From contig JBQQPY010000002.1 in assembly GCA_052258065.1 (NCBI GenBank), positions 593,432 to 657,431 of the forward strand: a stretch of DNA of 64,000 nucleotides, given 5' to 3'. How positions within the stretch are numbered: position 1 is the first letter of the stretch; the number at the start of each line of letters is the position of its first letter. Of the stretch, positions 54,918 through 64,000 are shown in pieces. This stretch comes from Sodalis sp. (in: enterobacteria). Lineage in GTDB: Bacteria; Pseudomonadota; Gammaproteobacteria; Enterobacterales; Enterobacteriaceae. The translations under genes and the position numbers were made by a program. A model generated the notes under the pieces. That model was not told the origin of the DNA. It searched no databases and saw only the letters and a list, made by a program, of their open reading frames with translations.

Positions 54918-55607
54918 GTGCAGCTTTCTTTACCCCTCTACTTACCCGATGGCGAGACCTTTACCAGCTTTTATCCTGGCGAAAATAGCGGGCTTCTGGC
55001 GGCCCTTCAAAATATGCTGTCCGGCGAACACGGCAGCTACCTCTATTTTTGGTCACACATAGGGAGCGGTCGTAGCCATTTGTTGCATGCTGCCTGCGCG
55101 GCGCTGTCAGCGCACACCCAAGCTGTAGGCTATGTGCCATTGGATAAACGCACCTGGTTTGTCCCGGAAGTGCTGGAAGGAATGGAGCAATTAGCGCTGG
55201 TGACCATCGATAATATCGAGTGTATCGTCGGCGATCCGCCCTGGGAAATGGCGATTTTTAATCTCTACAATCGCATTCAGGAAACTGGGCGCGCGCGCCT
55301 TATTATTAGCGGCAATTGCCCGCCGCGCCAATTGAATATCGGCCTGGCTGACCTGGCTTCTCGTTTAGATTGGGGGCAGATTTATCGTTTGCAGCCGCTC
55401 TCCGACGAAGAGAAAGGCGCGGCCCTGCAGCTGAAAGCGAAGCTGCGTGGATTTGAATTGCCGGAAGACGTCAGCCGCTTTTTATTGAAACGATTAGAAA
55501 GGGATATGCGCGCGCTGTCGGCGACACTGGATCAGCTAGATTATGCGTCTATTCGCGCGCAACGGAAACTGACTATACCGTTCGTTAAATCCACCTTGAA
55601 TCTTTAA
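54918..55607 (+). CDS. hda: DnaA regulatory inactivator Hda. The homologous start is probably CTG at 54906.
   Basis: [46 protein letters not shown]....[33 protein letters not shown]...[93 protein letters not shown] is colinear with E. coli Hda. Confidence 0.94.
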   Translation: MQLSLPLYLPDGETFTSFYPGENSGLLAALQNMLSGEHGSYLYFWSHIGSGRSHLLHAACAALSAHTQAVGYVPLDKRTWFVPEVLEGMEQLALVTIDNIECIVGDPPWEMAIFNLYNRIQETGRARLIISGNCPPRQLNIGLADLASRLDWGQIYRLQPLSDEEKGAALQLKAKLRGFELPEDVSRFLLKRLERDMRALSATLDQLDYASIRAQRKLTIPFVKSTLNL

Positions 55608-55899
55608 GATTCTGCCTATTCCAAGCAAAATGCAAGAATCCTGCAATGTAAATTAATATTTTTGGTTATCATGTTTAACCTCTGCCTTTTTAAAGAAAAA
55701 CAGCTTTGCCACGCCCGCACGCCCAGTTTCGTAAAACATACTAGATTTAATGTTTACTATGCTCATGCAGCAAGCGCGCCTAACCCTACCGCTTGCTCAT
55801 CTAAGCATTGCGCACGCCTTGCGTACTCTTACAGACATAGAGCTATTCATATTTTAAATCGCTAAAGATTGAGCTACACTAGAAATCAAAATTTACTAG

Positions 55900-56560
55900 G
55901 AGACGCCCGCATGGCTCACAATTTTATTGCAGTTTAACCCAGTTTGTCTTTGCTAGCATTTTTCAAACTGTATAGGAATGAAATACAGAGCCGTAATACA
56001 TTGCTTAAGCTACGCTAGCCAACGAGTTGTATCTGCCTTATTTACTACGGGTTTTAGCTCCCACAGTCCGTCTATCGCAGTGCTATCGTTGCTATAATAA
56101 AAGCCCATTGAGCACTAATACCATATTTATGGTACATACTTTCCGTTAACGATGCGGTTCCTTGCAATCTATCTTTATAACTCAATGTAAAATTATCTTT
56201 CAGCTTTACAGTTGTGGCACGAACTGGATGTCAGCCACAATACAGCCCAGACGCTTCAGCATAAGATTCTATAAGTCATGCTCGAATATAAATAAAGTAA
56301 AAGGCTTTCTAGGCGTATCAAAATCGATAATGCTTACCTGGATAGTAAATGCTCGGAAAACACAGGCACGGCACAGCTCATAAGTTCCGCTTCCCACCCT
56401 CTCATTACTAATAAACGGGAAAAGCCTTTACTGACCCAGTGACGCCGAATGAGAAGTTTAACCCGATTTGAACTAACACGGTTTGCAACATTATCGCTTA
56501 TAAATTTTAGTCATCTTGTTATCAATATATTAGCGTATTTCAAGGTGCTCAACGACGCTT
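55900..56560 (+). mobile_element. IS1595-family-like 5' part (N-terminal half of the transposase), decayed
   Basis: ..LSALQLWHELDVSHNTAQTLQHKIL*VMLE....LSRRIKIDNAYLDSKCSENTGTAQLISSA.. Compare ISXO2-like ..SALEL.R.LGVSY.TAW.L.HKL..VM.ER....LSG.IE.DD.Y.GG...G.GRG...K.PF. Confidence 0.6.
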
Positions 56561-57300
56561 ATTAATTATCCTTAAGAAGACACGTCATCGACGGTGGTAG
56601 TGCTAGTGGGAAAAATCGTGAAGACGCACACTAAAGAAACTAACAAAACTGTGAATGAATCACAGCCGGTTTTTATCGCAAGTAGTCAATAGCGAATTTG
56701 TAGCGGCTATAGAGAATGTGTTAAATGTGTATCCTCGGCACTATAACCCGATATATCTAGTGATTTACATGCAACAGATACCTCGTCAATTGATTAAATA
56801 TACACGCGTATTGCTGTCATACAAGGCTAGAAAGCCTGCTCGGGAAGACTATGAATACAAAGGGCCAGGGTATGGGAATGTCTTCATGGCCACTGAGGCA
56901 TTGGCAGGTCGTCGGCTAACTAGAGTGACTGAGTACAGAAACAGGATCGATTCTCTTACTTTCTTAAAGATATCTCAACACAATATCTTTAAGCACACCG
57001 ACTGATGCTGATCATAGACGATCTCAATATTTAAAACCCAGCTTCACCGTACTCAGCTTTCTTGGCTACTCAGACAAGACCTTATAAAATCGTTTTAAAT
57101 GCATGCATAAAGCCAAACATGGCATTTAGGTAAACATGACAGAAATCGCACTCAATATGCTAATCAGCCAGTGCCTAAATCGTCATATTGACAAGATTTA
57201 AGTATTGCGAAGTAGAGTCTCCGCTCGAGAGGCGCAACACGAAAAGATAAACGTCAAGCTCTAATCCTTGTATTAAGATCCGTCATTTAATATATGATCT
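56560..57300 (+). mobile_element. IS630-family type B, 5'-truncated, decayed
   Basis: ORF 56655..57005 reads ..SEFVAAIENVLNVYPRHYNPIYLVIYMQQIPRQLIKYTRVLLSYKARKPAREDYEYKGPGYGNVFMATEALAGRRLTRVTEYRNRID.., then relics of ..LNI*N.. and the C-terminus. Confidence 0.7.
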
Positions 57301-57334
57301 GACATGAAGAGAATAAGGCGCCATAGCTGACGCT

Positions 57335-57650
57335 TGAAGGTTTCCCGCTGTGCCTTGCCCTGAGGAATACCTGCGTGCCGGTGTATAAAGAGGATCCAGT
57401 CATCTCGCTACAAGTGATGAATAAAGTGTCGGAACGTCTCGGCAATACCATGCTGATGAAACGTGAAGACGGTCAGCCGGTGCATAGCTTGCAATTAGTA
57501 GAAGAACGCTAGTAATCAAGTTGCTGCAGCAGAATATCCATCTAGAGTGCATTTTGTGCCGGTGAGCGGCGACAGTCTAGCGGTGGTGTGCGGTGCCAAT
57601 AAACATTTTATTCAGCTTGCCCGCTCGGATCAGGTTAAGACTTTATGGTA
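57335..57650 (+). pseudogene. ilvA: Threonine dehydratase (biosynthetic) relic with a large internal deletion
   Basis: ..EEYLRAGV / PVYKEDPVISLQVMNKVSERLGNTMLMKREDGQPVHSLQL.. then ..LLQQNIHLECILC. / VSGDSLAVVCGANKHFIQLARSDQVKTLW. Compare E. coli IlvA ..AEYLRAVLRAPVYEAAQVTPLQKMEKLSSRLDNVILVKREDRQPVHSFKL.. and ..LELLQQDAHLDRVFVPVGGGGLAAGVAVLIKQLMPQIKVIAV. Confidence 0.65.
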
Positions 57651-57870
57651 AATTAGTTCATGCACCCAAACCTGTCAGTTACCTAAGCATGCTAGGAAAG
57701 ATATCGCGCAATTCAGTCGCCGTTTGGCAGAAACAACTCGACAAGGTAAAGACCAAGATCGATTGGTGTTTGACTACTGATAATGCTCGTAATTGATATT
57801 TCATTACTGATAACGCTGGCATCAAGCTAAAGCGTCTTTATCCATTATTTAACACGTAATGTAATACTGG
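57650..57870 (+). mobile_element. IS630-family type B 3' fragment with right terminus
   Basis: ..QKQLDKVKTKIDWCLTTDNARN.. and ..GIKLKRLYPLFNT.., ending ..TTTAACACGTAATGTAATAC. Confidence 0.55.
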
Positions 57871-57999
57871 CATTATCATCAGCTATAATGTATCTTGCAT
57901 ACAATAATGAGCATTGCAGAATACTTTGGCACACCCTAATCGACCACTGATAAGATAGCCCTAATCCACAACGGATGATGTTACAAATCGTGAGAACTC

Positions 58000-58470
58000 A
58001 ACGCGGGTGAAGTTTCTGACTCGCCGAAAATAAAGCTGCAAAGTGCGCGCTTATTTATTAGTAACGACGGCAGTTATAAAAAGGAACTTATGAGTTTCGC
58101 CGTGCGCGCTTTCCGTAGTATTCATGTGCGGGTAAGTCTCATCGATTTTGATACGCCCAGGGTACCTCTTACCCTAGCTGCATTCGAGCATGCCCTGTAA
58201 GAATTTTATTCTTAAATTTCCAGGCCGTGCTTTAGCTAACGCCTAAATCTCGCAACAGCTGTAACGCTATGAAGCCATTTCACGCTGAGTTAAAAGATAA
58301 ATTACAGGGAATCCGCATCATTAATAGTAGGTAAATTTCAAGCCATAAGAGTATCTCCCAACAAATTTTCTATTGCTAGCGTAGCTCAATGTTGAGCTAT
58401 TTAAAGTGCGTAGTTAGATAATCTGATATGGTCATACCGGTAAAGTTTATTGATGCTTGAGTCATCCGAC
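58000..58470 (-). mobile_element. IS1595-family-like 5' part, decayed
   Basis: Reverse complement of 58,090-58,170 aligns with 56,330-56,400 (..GTATCAAAATCGAT.A..CTTACC......AA.ACT.........CACGGC..A.CTCATAAGTTCC). Confidence 0.55.
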
Positions 58471-58479
58471 ACTGGGCCT

Positions 58480-58960
58480 AAAACTTTCATCGATTTTGAT
58501 GCGTTTTCATTTTTAACTGTAATTCTACACCTAAAATGAGAGCCGATCTTCAGGTAAGCAACATAGCATCTCTGAACTAGCCGCTTCTAAATAGCAAAAA
58601 CGTGATTGCATTTAGGATCATAGCCAGATTCGCTATCTCTTAAAGACGACACTGTTATCCGGTCAGAAAGCACTGTGCTTTTCTCTGCGGAAGGCTTTTT
58701 CTTCCACTGGACAATCTGTTGGCAGTCGCACCCGAATTCTTGAACCTTGCCTTATCTCGATCTATCCTAAATCGCTATTTTCTCAAGTACGGGTTGGGGC
58801 ATTTGCGTGATAGGAAGGAGAAAGCATTAAAACTAAAGCCGAAAGCGTTTAAAATCTATGAGTTTGGTTACCGGAAGAATGCTGATCTAAATATTCTGCA
58901 CAAATGCTAAATGAAATCTCACCATGTTATCTTTTGATGGATACAGATCCAGCGACTTAA
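58480..58960 (+). mobile_element. IS481-family-like 5' half, decayed
   Basis: HTH relic ..GTAAGCAACATAGCATCTCTGAACTAGCC.., then ..EFLNLA.. and ..FKIYEFGY... Confidence 0.55.
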
Positions 58961-58969
58961 CAAGTGTTA

Positions 58970-59200
58970 TCTGTATTATATTTTGGAAAGTATTATTGTC
59001 TCTTTTTGAAAATTTAGCTTTAATTTTATATAATTATTTAATATACTACAGTGAATTGCATGCCGCTTCAGGCAATTCCTGATTATAGAGGCAGAATATT
59101 AATTCAGTGTGATCTAAAGCTCTTCACTAAAAGTGAATAGTGGATTTACAGCACATCTTCTATAGCGTCCATTAAATCGCTCTACTATATTTTTTTAAAA
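58970..59200 (-). mobile_element. IS481-family-like 3' part, decayed
   Basis: ..GAAAATTTAGCTTTAATTTTATATAATT.. through ..CCATTAAATCGCTC aligns with 42,195-42,400. Confidence 0.5.
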
Positions 59201-59341
59201 AGAAATTATATTAGCGTGCGGCATATGATACTAACAGCCGTTCCCAAAGAGGTGGCCGGCCTCCTCGCTAGAAGATAAAGCCTCTAGCGTGACAGGAGAC
59301 TCTTTAAGGCAGTTGACAGCCCGGGCGCAGCGGATGGTGCT

Positions 59342-60091
59342 TCACGCTTCCCGGCGAGTATGCAGCATATAATTTACATCTACGTTACTGCCTAAATAGA
59401 AACGATCACGCAGCGGATTATAATGCAAACCGATAATATGCTGCTCACGCAGCCGGGTTTCGTCTACCCAACTTAGTAGCTCAGCGGGTTTTATGAATTT
59501 ATTGACATTATGTGTGCCCCGCGGCACCATGCACAGTACGTATTCAGCACCGACGATCGCCATTAGCCATGCCTTTAAATTACGATTTAGCGTAGAAAAA
59601 AACACTTCGCTCTCCGGTTTCGCCAACCGAGCGCAGGCCCGGACAATAGACGCCGGATTCGGCACATGCTCTAGCATTTCCATACAAGTTACCACATCGT
59701 AAGCGCCGGGATTTGATTCGGCGTGCGCCTCAACGGTCTCCTGGCGATAATCCAAAGCCAGGCGGCTTTCTAGCGCGTGTAGACGGGCGATTTCCAGCGA
59801 TTCTGCACCCATATCTAGCCCAGTCACTTTCGCTCCTTCGCGCGCCATGCTTTCCGCCAGGATACCACCCCCGCAGCCTACGTCCAGCACATCTTTTCCA
59901 AACAGCCCGTTAGCACGTTCGAGAATATAATCCAATCGCAGCGGATTGATGCAGTGCAGCAGTTTAAATTCACCTTCAAGATCCCACCAGTGGGCAGCGA
60001 CGCCATTGAATTTAGCGATTTCGCGCAGATCGACGTTTTTCTGACAGGACGGAGCGCTAGAGTTTGATTTATTACTTACTTCAGGGATCAT
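59342..60091 (-). CDS. ubiG: Ubiquinone biosynthesis O-methyltransferase
   Basis: 249 aa. ..[73 protein letters not shown].....Y.QETVE.HA......[24 protein letters not shown]...[50 protein letters not shown] is colinear with E. coli UbiG. It is divergent from gyrA, as in E. coli. Confidence 0.96.
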   Translation of the reverse strand: MIPEVSNKSNSSAPSCQKNVDLREIAKFNGVAAHWWDLEGEFKLLHCINPLRLDYILERANGLFGKDVLDVGCGGGILAESMAREGAKVTGLDMGAESLEIARLHALESRLALDYRQETVEAHAESNPGAYDVVTCMEMLEHVPNPASIVRACARLAKPESEVFFSTLNRNLKAWLMAIVGAEYVLCMVPRGTHNVNKFIKPAELLSWVDETRLREQHIIGLHYNPLRDRFYLGSNVDVNYMLHTRREA

Positions 60092-60334
60092 ATAAAAGCT
60101 CCTTATACATTCTATCGACTAAGTGTACGCGAAATCGGGCCTTCCGGCAGCCCGTTACCCGAAAAGTCTTCGTTAGCGGCGCATGGAGATAGTTGTCGGG
60201 CACTAGTAGGGATATCAGATGATTCCGGTACGCTTTTCAAGCGGTAACTGTGCCCTTTCACACAAAAAAGATGGTACACTTTGACACCTTTAAATCCGGG
60301 CATCAGCTTAATTTATTAGATGGATAGCGGCTTT

Positions 60335-62872
60335 ATGATCGACCTTGCTAGAGAAATTACACCGGTCAATATCGAAGAAGAAATGAAACGTTCTTATCTG
60401 GATTATGCCATGTCTGTCATCGTCGGACGTGCGTTGCCAGATGTACGGGACGGACTCAAACCCGTACACCGTCGCGTGCTGTTCGCGATGAGCGTGCTCA
60501 GTAATGACTGGAATAAACCTTATAAAAAATCGGCGCGCGTCGTCGGTGATGTCATCGGTAAATATCACCCCCATGGGGATACCGCTGTCTACGACACTAT
60601 CGTACGTATGGCACAGCCTTTCTCACTGCGTTACATGCTGGTTGATGGCCAAGGTAACTTCGGCTCCGTTGACGGAGACTCCGCTGCAGCGATGCGTTAT
60701 ACCGAAGTGCGCATGGCAAAAATCGCCCACGAATTATTAGCGGATCTGGAAAAAGAAACCGTTGATTACGTATCAAACTATGACGGTACAGAGCAAATTC
60801 CCGATGTCATGCCAACTAGGCTCCCCAACCTTCTGGTCAACGGCTCTTCCGGCATCGCAGTGGGAATGGCCACCAACATTCCGCCGCATAATCTCGCGGA
60901 AGTTATCGATGGCTGCCTGGCTTACATCGAAGATAACAATATCAGTGTTAAAGGCCTGATGAAGCATATCCCCGGCCCTGATTTTCCTACCGCCGCTATT
61001 ATCAATGGCCGGCGCGGCATTGAAGAGGCTTACCGCAGCGGACGGGGCAAAATCTATATCCGCGCGCGCGCCGAGGTGAAAACGGACAGGAAGACCGGCC
61101 GCGAAACTATCATCGTGCATGAAATTCCCTATCAGGTAAATAAAGCGCGCCTGATTGAGAAAATCGCTGAGTTAGTAAAAGAAAAACGCGTCGAGGGCAT
61201 CAGCAGCCTGCGGGATGAATCCGACAAAGACGGCATGCGCATCGCCATTGAAATTAAACGCGACGCGGTAGGCGGAGTGGTTCTTAACAATCTGTATTCC
61301 CTGACCCAGATGCAGGTGTCGTTCGGTATCAATATGGTGGCGCTGCATCAGGGGCAGCCGAAGATCTTGCCGTTGAAGGATATTTTATCTGCTTTTGTGC
61401 ATCATCGACGAGAAGTGGTAACCCGCCGCACTATTTTTGAGTTGCGTAAAGCCCGAGAGCGGGCTCATATTCTCGAAGCGCTGGCGCTGGCACTGGTGAA
61501 CATCGACCCTATTATCGCGCTAATTCGCCAGGCGCCAAGCCCGCTGAATGCGAAGGTTGCCCTGATGGCGCGCTCATGGACGCTAGGCACCGTCTCTGCC
61601 ATGCTAGAGCGCACCGGCGATGATACCGCGCGGTCCGAGTCACTGGAGCTACCGTATAACATTCACAACGATCAATATTCTCTGACCGAGCAGCAGGCCC
61701 AAGCGATTTTAGATCTACGGCTGCAAAAATTAACTAGTCTAGAACATCAAACGCTGCTAGATGAATACAAGGCGCTGTTGACTCAGATAACTGAACTTAT
61801 CCGCATCCTTCAGAATCCAGACAGCCTGACAGAGGTGATTCGTAAAGAGCTTGTCGCCATCAAAGAGCAGTATATCGATCTACGCCGTACCGAGATCACC
61901 ATCAACACTTCGGATATCAATATCGAAGATCTGATTAATCAGGAAGATGTAGTTGTGACCCTTTCCTATCAGGGCTATGTCAAGTACCGGCCCCTGACGG
62001 ACTATGAAGCACAGCGACGCGGTGGTAAAGGCAAGTCAGTGGCCAACATTAAGGAAGAGGACTTTATCGACCGCCTTCTTGTAGCAAATAGCCACGACAC
62101 TATTTTACTTTTTTCTAGCCGGGGACGAATATATTGGAAAAAGGTCTATCAGTTGCCGGAAGCCAGCCGTGGAGCACGCGGCCGACCGATAATCAACCTC
62201 TTGCCGCTGGAATTCAATGAACGTATCACCGCTATTTTGCCAGTGCGTGAATATGAAGAAGGACGTCACATCTTTATGGCAACCGCCAGCGGCACCGTGA
62301 AGAAAACATCTCTCATTGAATTTAGCCGGCCGCGCAGCGCCGGGATGATCGCCGTTAATCTTAAGGATCGCGATGAGCTGATAGGCGTGGATTTGACCGA
62401 CGGCAGTAACGAAGTTATGCTGTTTTCCGCCCATGGGAAAGTAGTGCGTTTCCCTGAAAATCAAGTACGCAGCATGGGGCGAACCGCGATCGGCGTCCGA
62501 GGAATCAATCTGGCGAAAGACGACCGGGTAGTGTCTCTCATCGTGCCGCGCGGCGATAAGGCAATATTAACGGTTACGCAGCACGGCTATGGCAAACGTA
62601 CTGCCCAGACGGAATATCCGACTAAGTCTCGCACAACCCAAGGGGTTATCTCCATTAAGGTTAGCGAACGCAACGGCAAAGTGGTGGGGGCTGTGCAGGT
62701 TGATGAATACGACCAGATTATGATAATCACAGACGCCGGCACGCTAGTGCGCACGCGTGTTTCCGAAGTGAGCATCGTTGGGCGCAACACCCAGGGCGTA
62801 ACGCTTATCCGTACCGCAAAAGATGAACACGTGATGGGGCTGCAGCGCGTTGCCGAGCCGTCGGACGCTTGA
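60335..62872 (+). CDS. gyrA: DNA gyrase subunit A, lacking the acidic C-terminal tail
   Basis: [49 protein letters not shown].. is colinear with E. coli GyrA from ATG 60335. ATG 60320 adds 5 non-homologous codons. Catalytic region ..AAAMRYTE... The protein ends ..[10 protein letters not shown] where E. coli continues with ~30 acidic residues. Confidence 0.96.
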   Translation: MIDLAREITPVNIEEEMKRSYLDYAMSVIVGRALPDVRDGLKPVHRRVLFAMSVLSNDWNKPYKKSARVVGDVIGKYHPHGDTAVYDTIVRMAQPFSLRYMLVDGQGNFGSVDGDSAAAMRYTEVRMAKIAHELLADLEKETVDYVSNYDGTEQIPDVMPTRLPNLLVNGSSGIAVGMATNIPPHNLAEVIDGCLAYIEDNNISVKGLMKHIPGPDFPTAAIINGRRGIEEAYRSGRGKIYIRARAEVKTDRKTGRETIIVHEIPYQVNKARLIEKIAELVKEKRVEGISSLRDESDKDGMRIAIEIKRDAVGGVVLNNLYSLTQMQVSFGINMVALHQGQPKILPLKDILSAFVHHRREVVTRRTIFELRKARERAHILEALALALVNIDPIIALIRQAPSPLNAKVALMARSWTLGTVSAMLERTGDDTARSESLELPYNIHNDQYSLTEQQAQAILDLRLQKLTSLEHQTLLDEYKALLTQITELIRILQNPDSLTEVIRKELVAIKEQYIDLRRTEITINTSDINIEDLINQEDVVVTLSYQGYVKYRPLTDYEAQRRGGKGKSVANIKEEDFIDRLLVANSHDTILLFSSRGRIYWKKVYQLPEASRGARGRPIINLLPLEFNERITAILPVREYEEGRHIFMATASGTVKKTSLIEFSRPRSAGMIAVNLKDRDELIGVDLTDGSNEVMLFSAHGKVVRFPENQVRSMGRTAIGVRGINLAKDDRVVSLIVPRGDKAILTVTQHGYGKRTAQTEYPTKSRTTQGVISIKVSERNGKVVGAVQVDEYDQIMIITDAGTLVRTRVSEVSIVGRNTQGVTLIRTAKDEHVMGLQRVAEPSDA

Positions 62873-63081
62873 GGGCGCTGGATTCGGGTGACAATCGCGC
62901 ATGCCGCGCCTGAAGAGAAGCTTATGAATGTGAATAAGAGTGTCAGCCGTGACAATCATGTTAACCGTGACCGCGATTAACATCCCCATCCTCTGATACG
63001 CCGGCACCTAAGAGCAAGAAACAAGAGCCAGCGCGCTTATCCTAGAACACTGTTATCTATTCCGCTTAACATCCTACTGCA

Positions 63082-63975
63082 AAAATTGCAGAAATCTTTA
63101 TTGAACATCAATTAAATAGCTTGAGCGATCAGATTCTATAGCGAATCAACAGATCTTGTTGCAGCTTTTCTGAGCACTGATTTCCGCTTAGAAAACTTCA
63201 TTTTGATAGAATCAAAATCTGGTGAATAAGAAAAAAATTATATCTTTCAATAGCTTTTCGTACACCATCAACTTTACGAATAGTCGAATTATCTATTATC
63301 ATAAGGCTCCCTGCTACAAGCTTAGGAACAAGCACTTCTTTTACATGAGCAAGAAAAGCATGCTTGTTTATTAATTCATCAAGTAGCATAATTACACTTA
63401 ATCCAGACAGATATATGGTAGCCGTGAGTATCTTTGTTTCTTAGTCAGTGTATTGGACATTAATCAGCCTGGCACGGATAACCTCGTCTTCCGCGGCTCT
63501 TTGACCGACTCATCTTTTCATTGTTACCGTTTCATCAATGATGATAAGCTTCTCTTGCAAAAGCTGATATTAAGCATAATTTCACGCGTAAATTCTATTG
63601 TCGTCACGCGCCCTATTCAGTAGCATCTAAAGTCTTTTTTAATCCTTATTGCATGACCTTGAAAGAAAGCAAGAGAATGATAATTCTTCTTTGAATATAC
63701 AAAGTATTTTTAAAGAAGCATATATTTCAGACAAAGCCTGATCGCAAGACTCATCAATAAGCTTCAGGATAAAATTAAAAGAGCTATTACTTCCGGTCTC
63801 ACGGAATTGTTTACTCCAACGAGCTTCAGTAGAATAGCCTATTCTACATCTATCCGCCGCTGCACGTACAGAACTAACCACCTCAATCAATCAGATTATT
63901 CACAAGCCTAAGTGATCACGCTAAGAATATGCTATTGAGGTTTCAGAAAAAAATTAACCATAAATATAGATAAAT
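63082..63975 (-). mobile_element. IS630-family type C, near full length, decayed
   Basis: ORF 63198..63389 reads ..HAFLAHVKEVLVPKLVAGSLMIIDNSTIRKVDGVRKAIE.. (DDE block). ORF 63639..63890 reads ..IEVVSSVRAAADRCRIGYSTEARWSKQFRETGSN.. (orfA HTH). Confidence 0.7.
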
Positions 63976-64000
63976 AACTATTTTAAATATATAGATAGTT

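Noticed and set aside
60281-60286. TTGACA upstream of gyrA as the -35 element of the gyrA promoter
   Set aside because: No convincing -10 hexamer lies at 16-18 bp. The best candidate, CTTAAT, is at 20 bp. Left uncalled.
60581-60583. GyrA Thr83 as a quinolone-resistance mutation
   Set aside because: Thr at this position is the wild-type residue in some quinolone-susceptible bacteria such as Pseudomonas aeruginosa. The classical resistance changes are to Leu, Trp or Ile. It is noted only as a lineage variant.

Overview
This 64-kb window comes from a host-restricted gammaproteobacterium of the Enterobacterales. Its proteins and local gene order are E. coli/Serratia-like, and the genome is in advanced decay. 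About two dozen housekeeping genes have visibly higher GC than the surrounding AT-rich sequence, which is full of stop codons. They are erpA, hemL, kdsA, cyoABCDE, lon, clpX, clpP, tig, bolA, dksA, pcnB, folK, tRNA-Arg(CCU), ackA, pta, ubiX, cvpA, hda, ubiG and gyrA. Most of the AT-rich sequence is dead insertion sequence (IS) material. By translation I recognise an IS481-like family (about 1.0 kb, 15-bp terminal inverted repeats (TIRs)), two IS630-family types (B and C), an IS1595-like family with short deletion derivatives, and single IS4-like and IS256-like relics. A ~150-bp miniature inverted-repeat element (MITE) is present twice, once with a clean target-site duplication. Relics of ordinary genes sit where E. 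coli synteny predicts them or as isolated fragments: gluQ, panB, hupB, ilvA, a DegP/DegQ-type protease and a LysE/RhtB-type exporter. purF is missing from cvpA-purF-ubiX. Several conserved genes carry fresh lesions. cyoE has two in-frame stops and an IS in its 3' end. cyoB, clpP and tig have indels at or next to G/C homopolymers, which may be real or assembly artefacts. The most unusual coding feature is an uninterrupted YadA-type trimeric autotransporter gene in a very AT-rich stretch, with its Sec signal peptide encoded upstream of the only canonical start codon. I found no CRISPR array, rRNA, prophage or recognisable defence system. IS boundaries are approximate (tens of bp).
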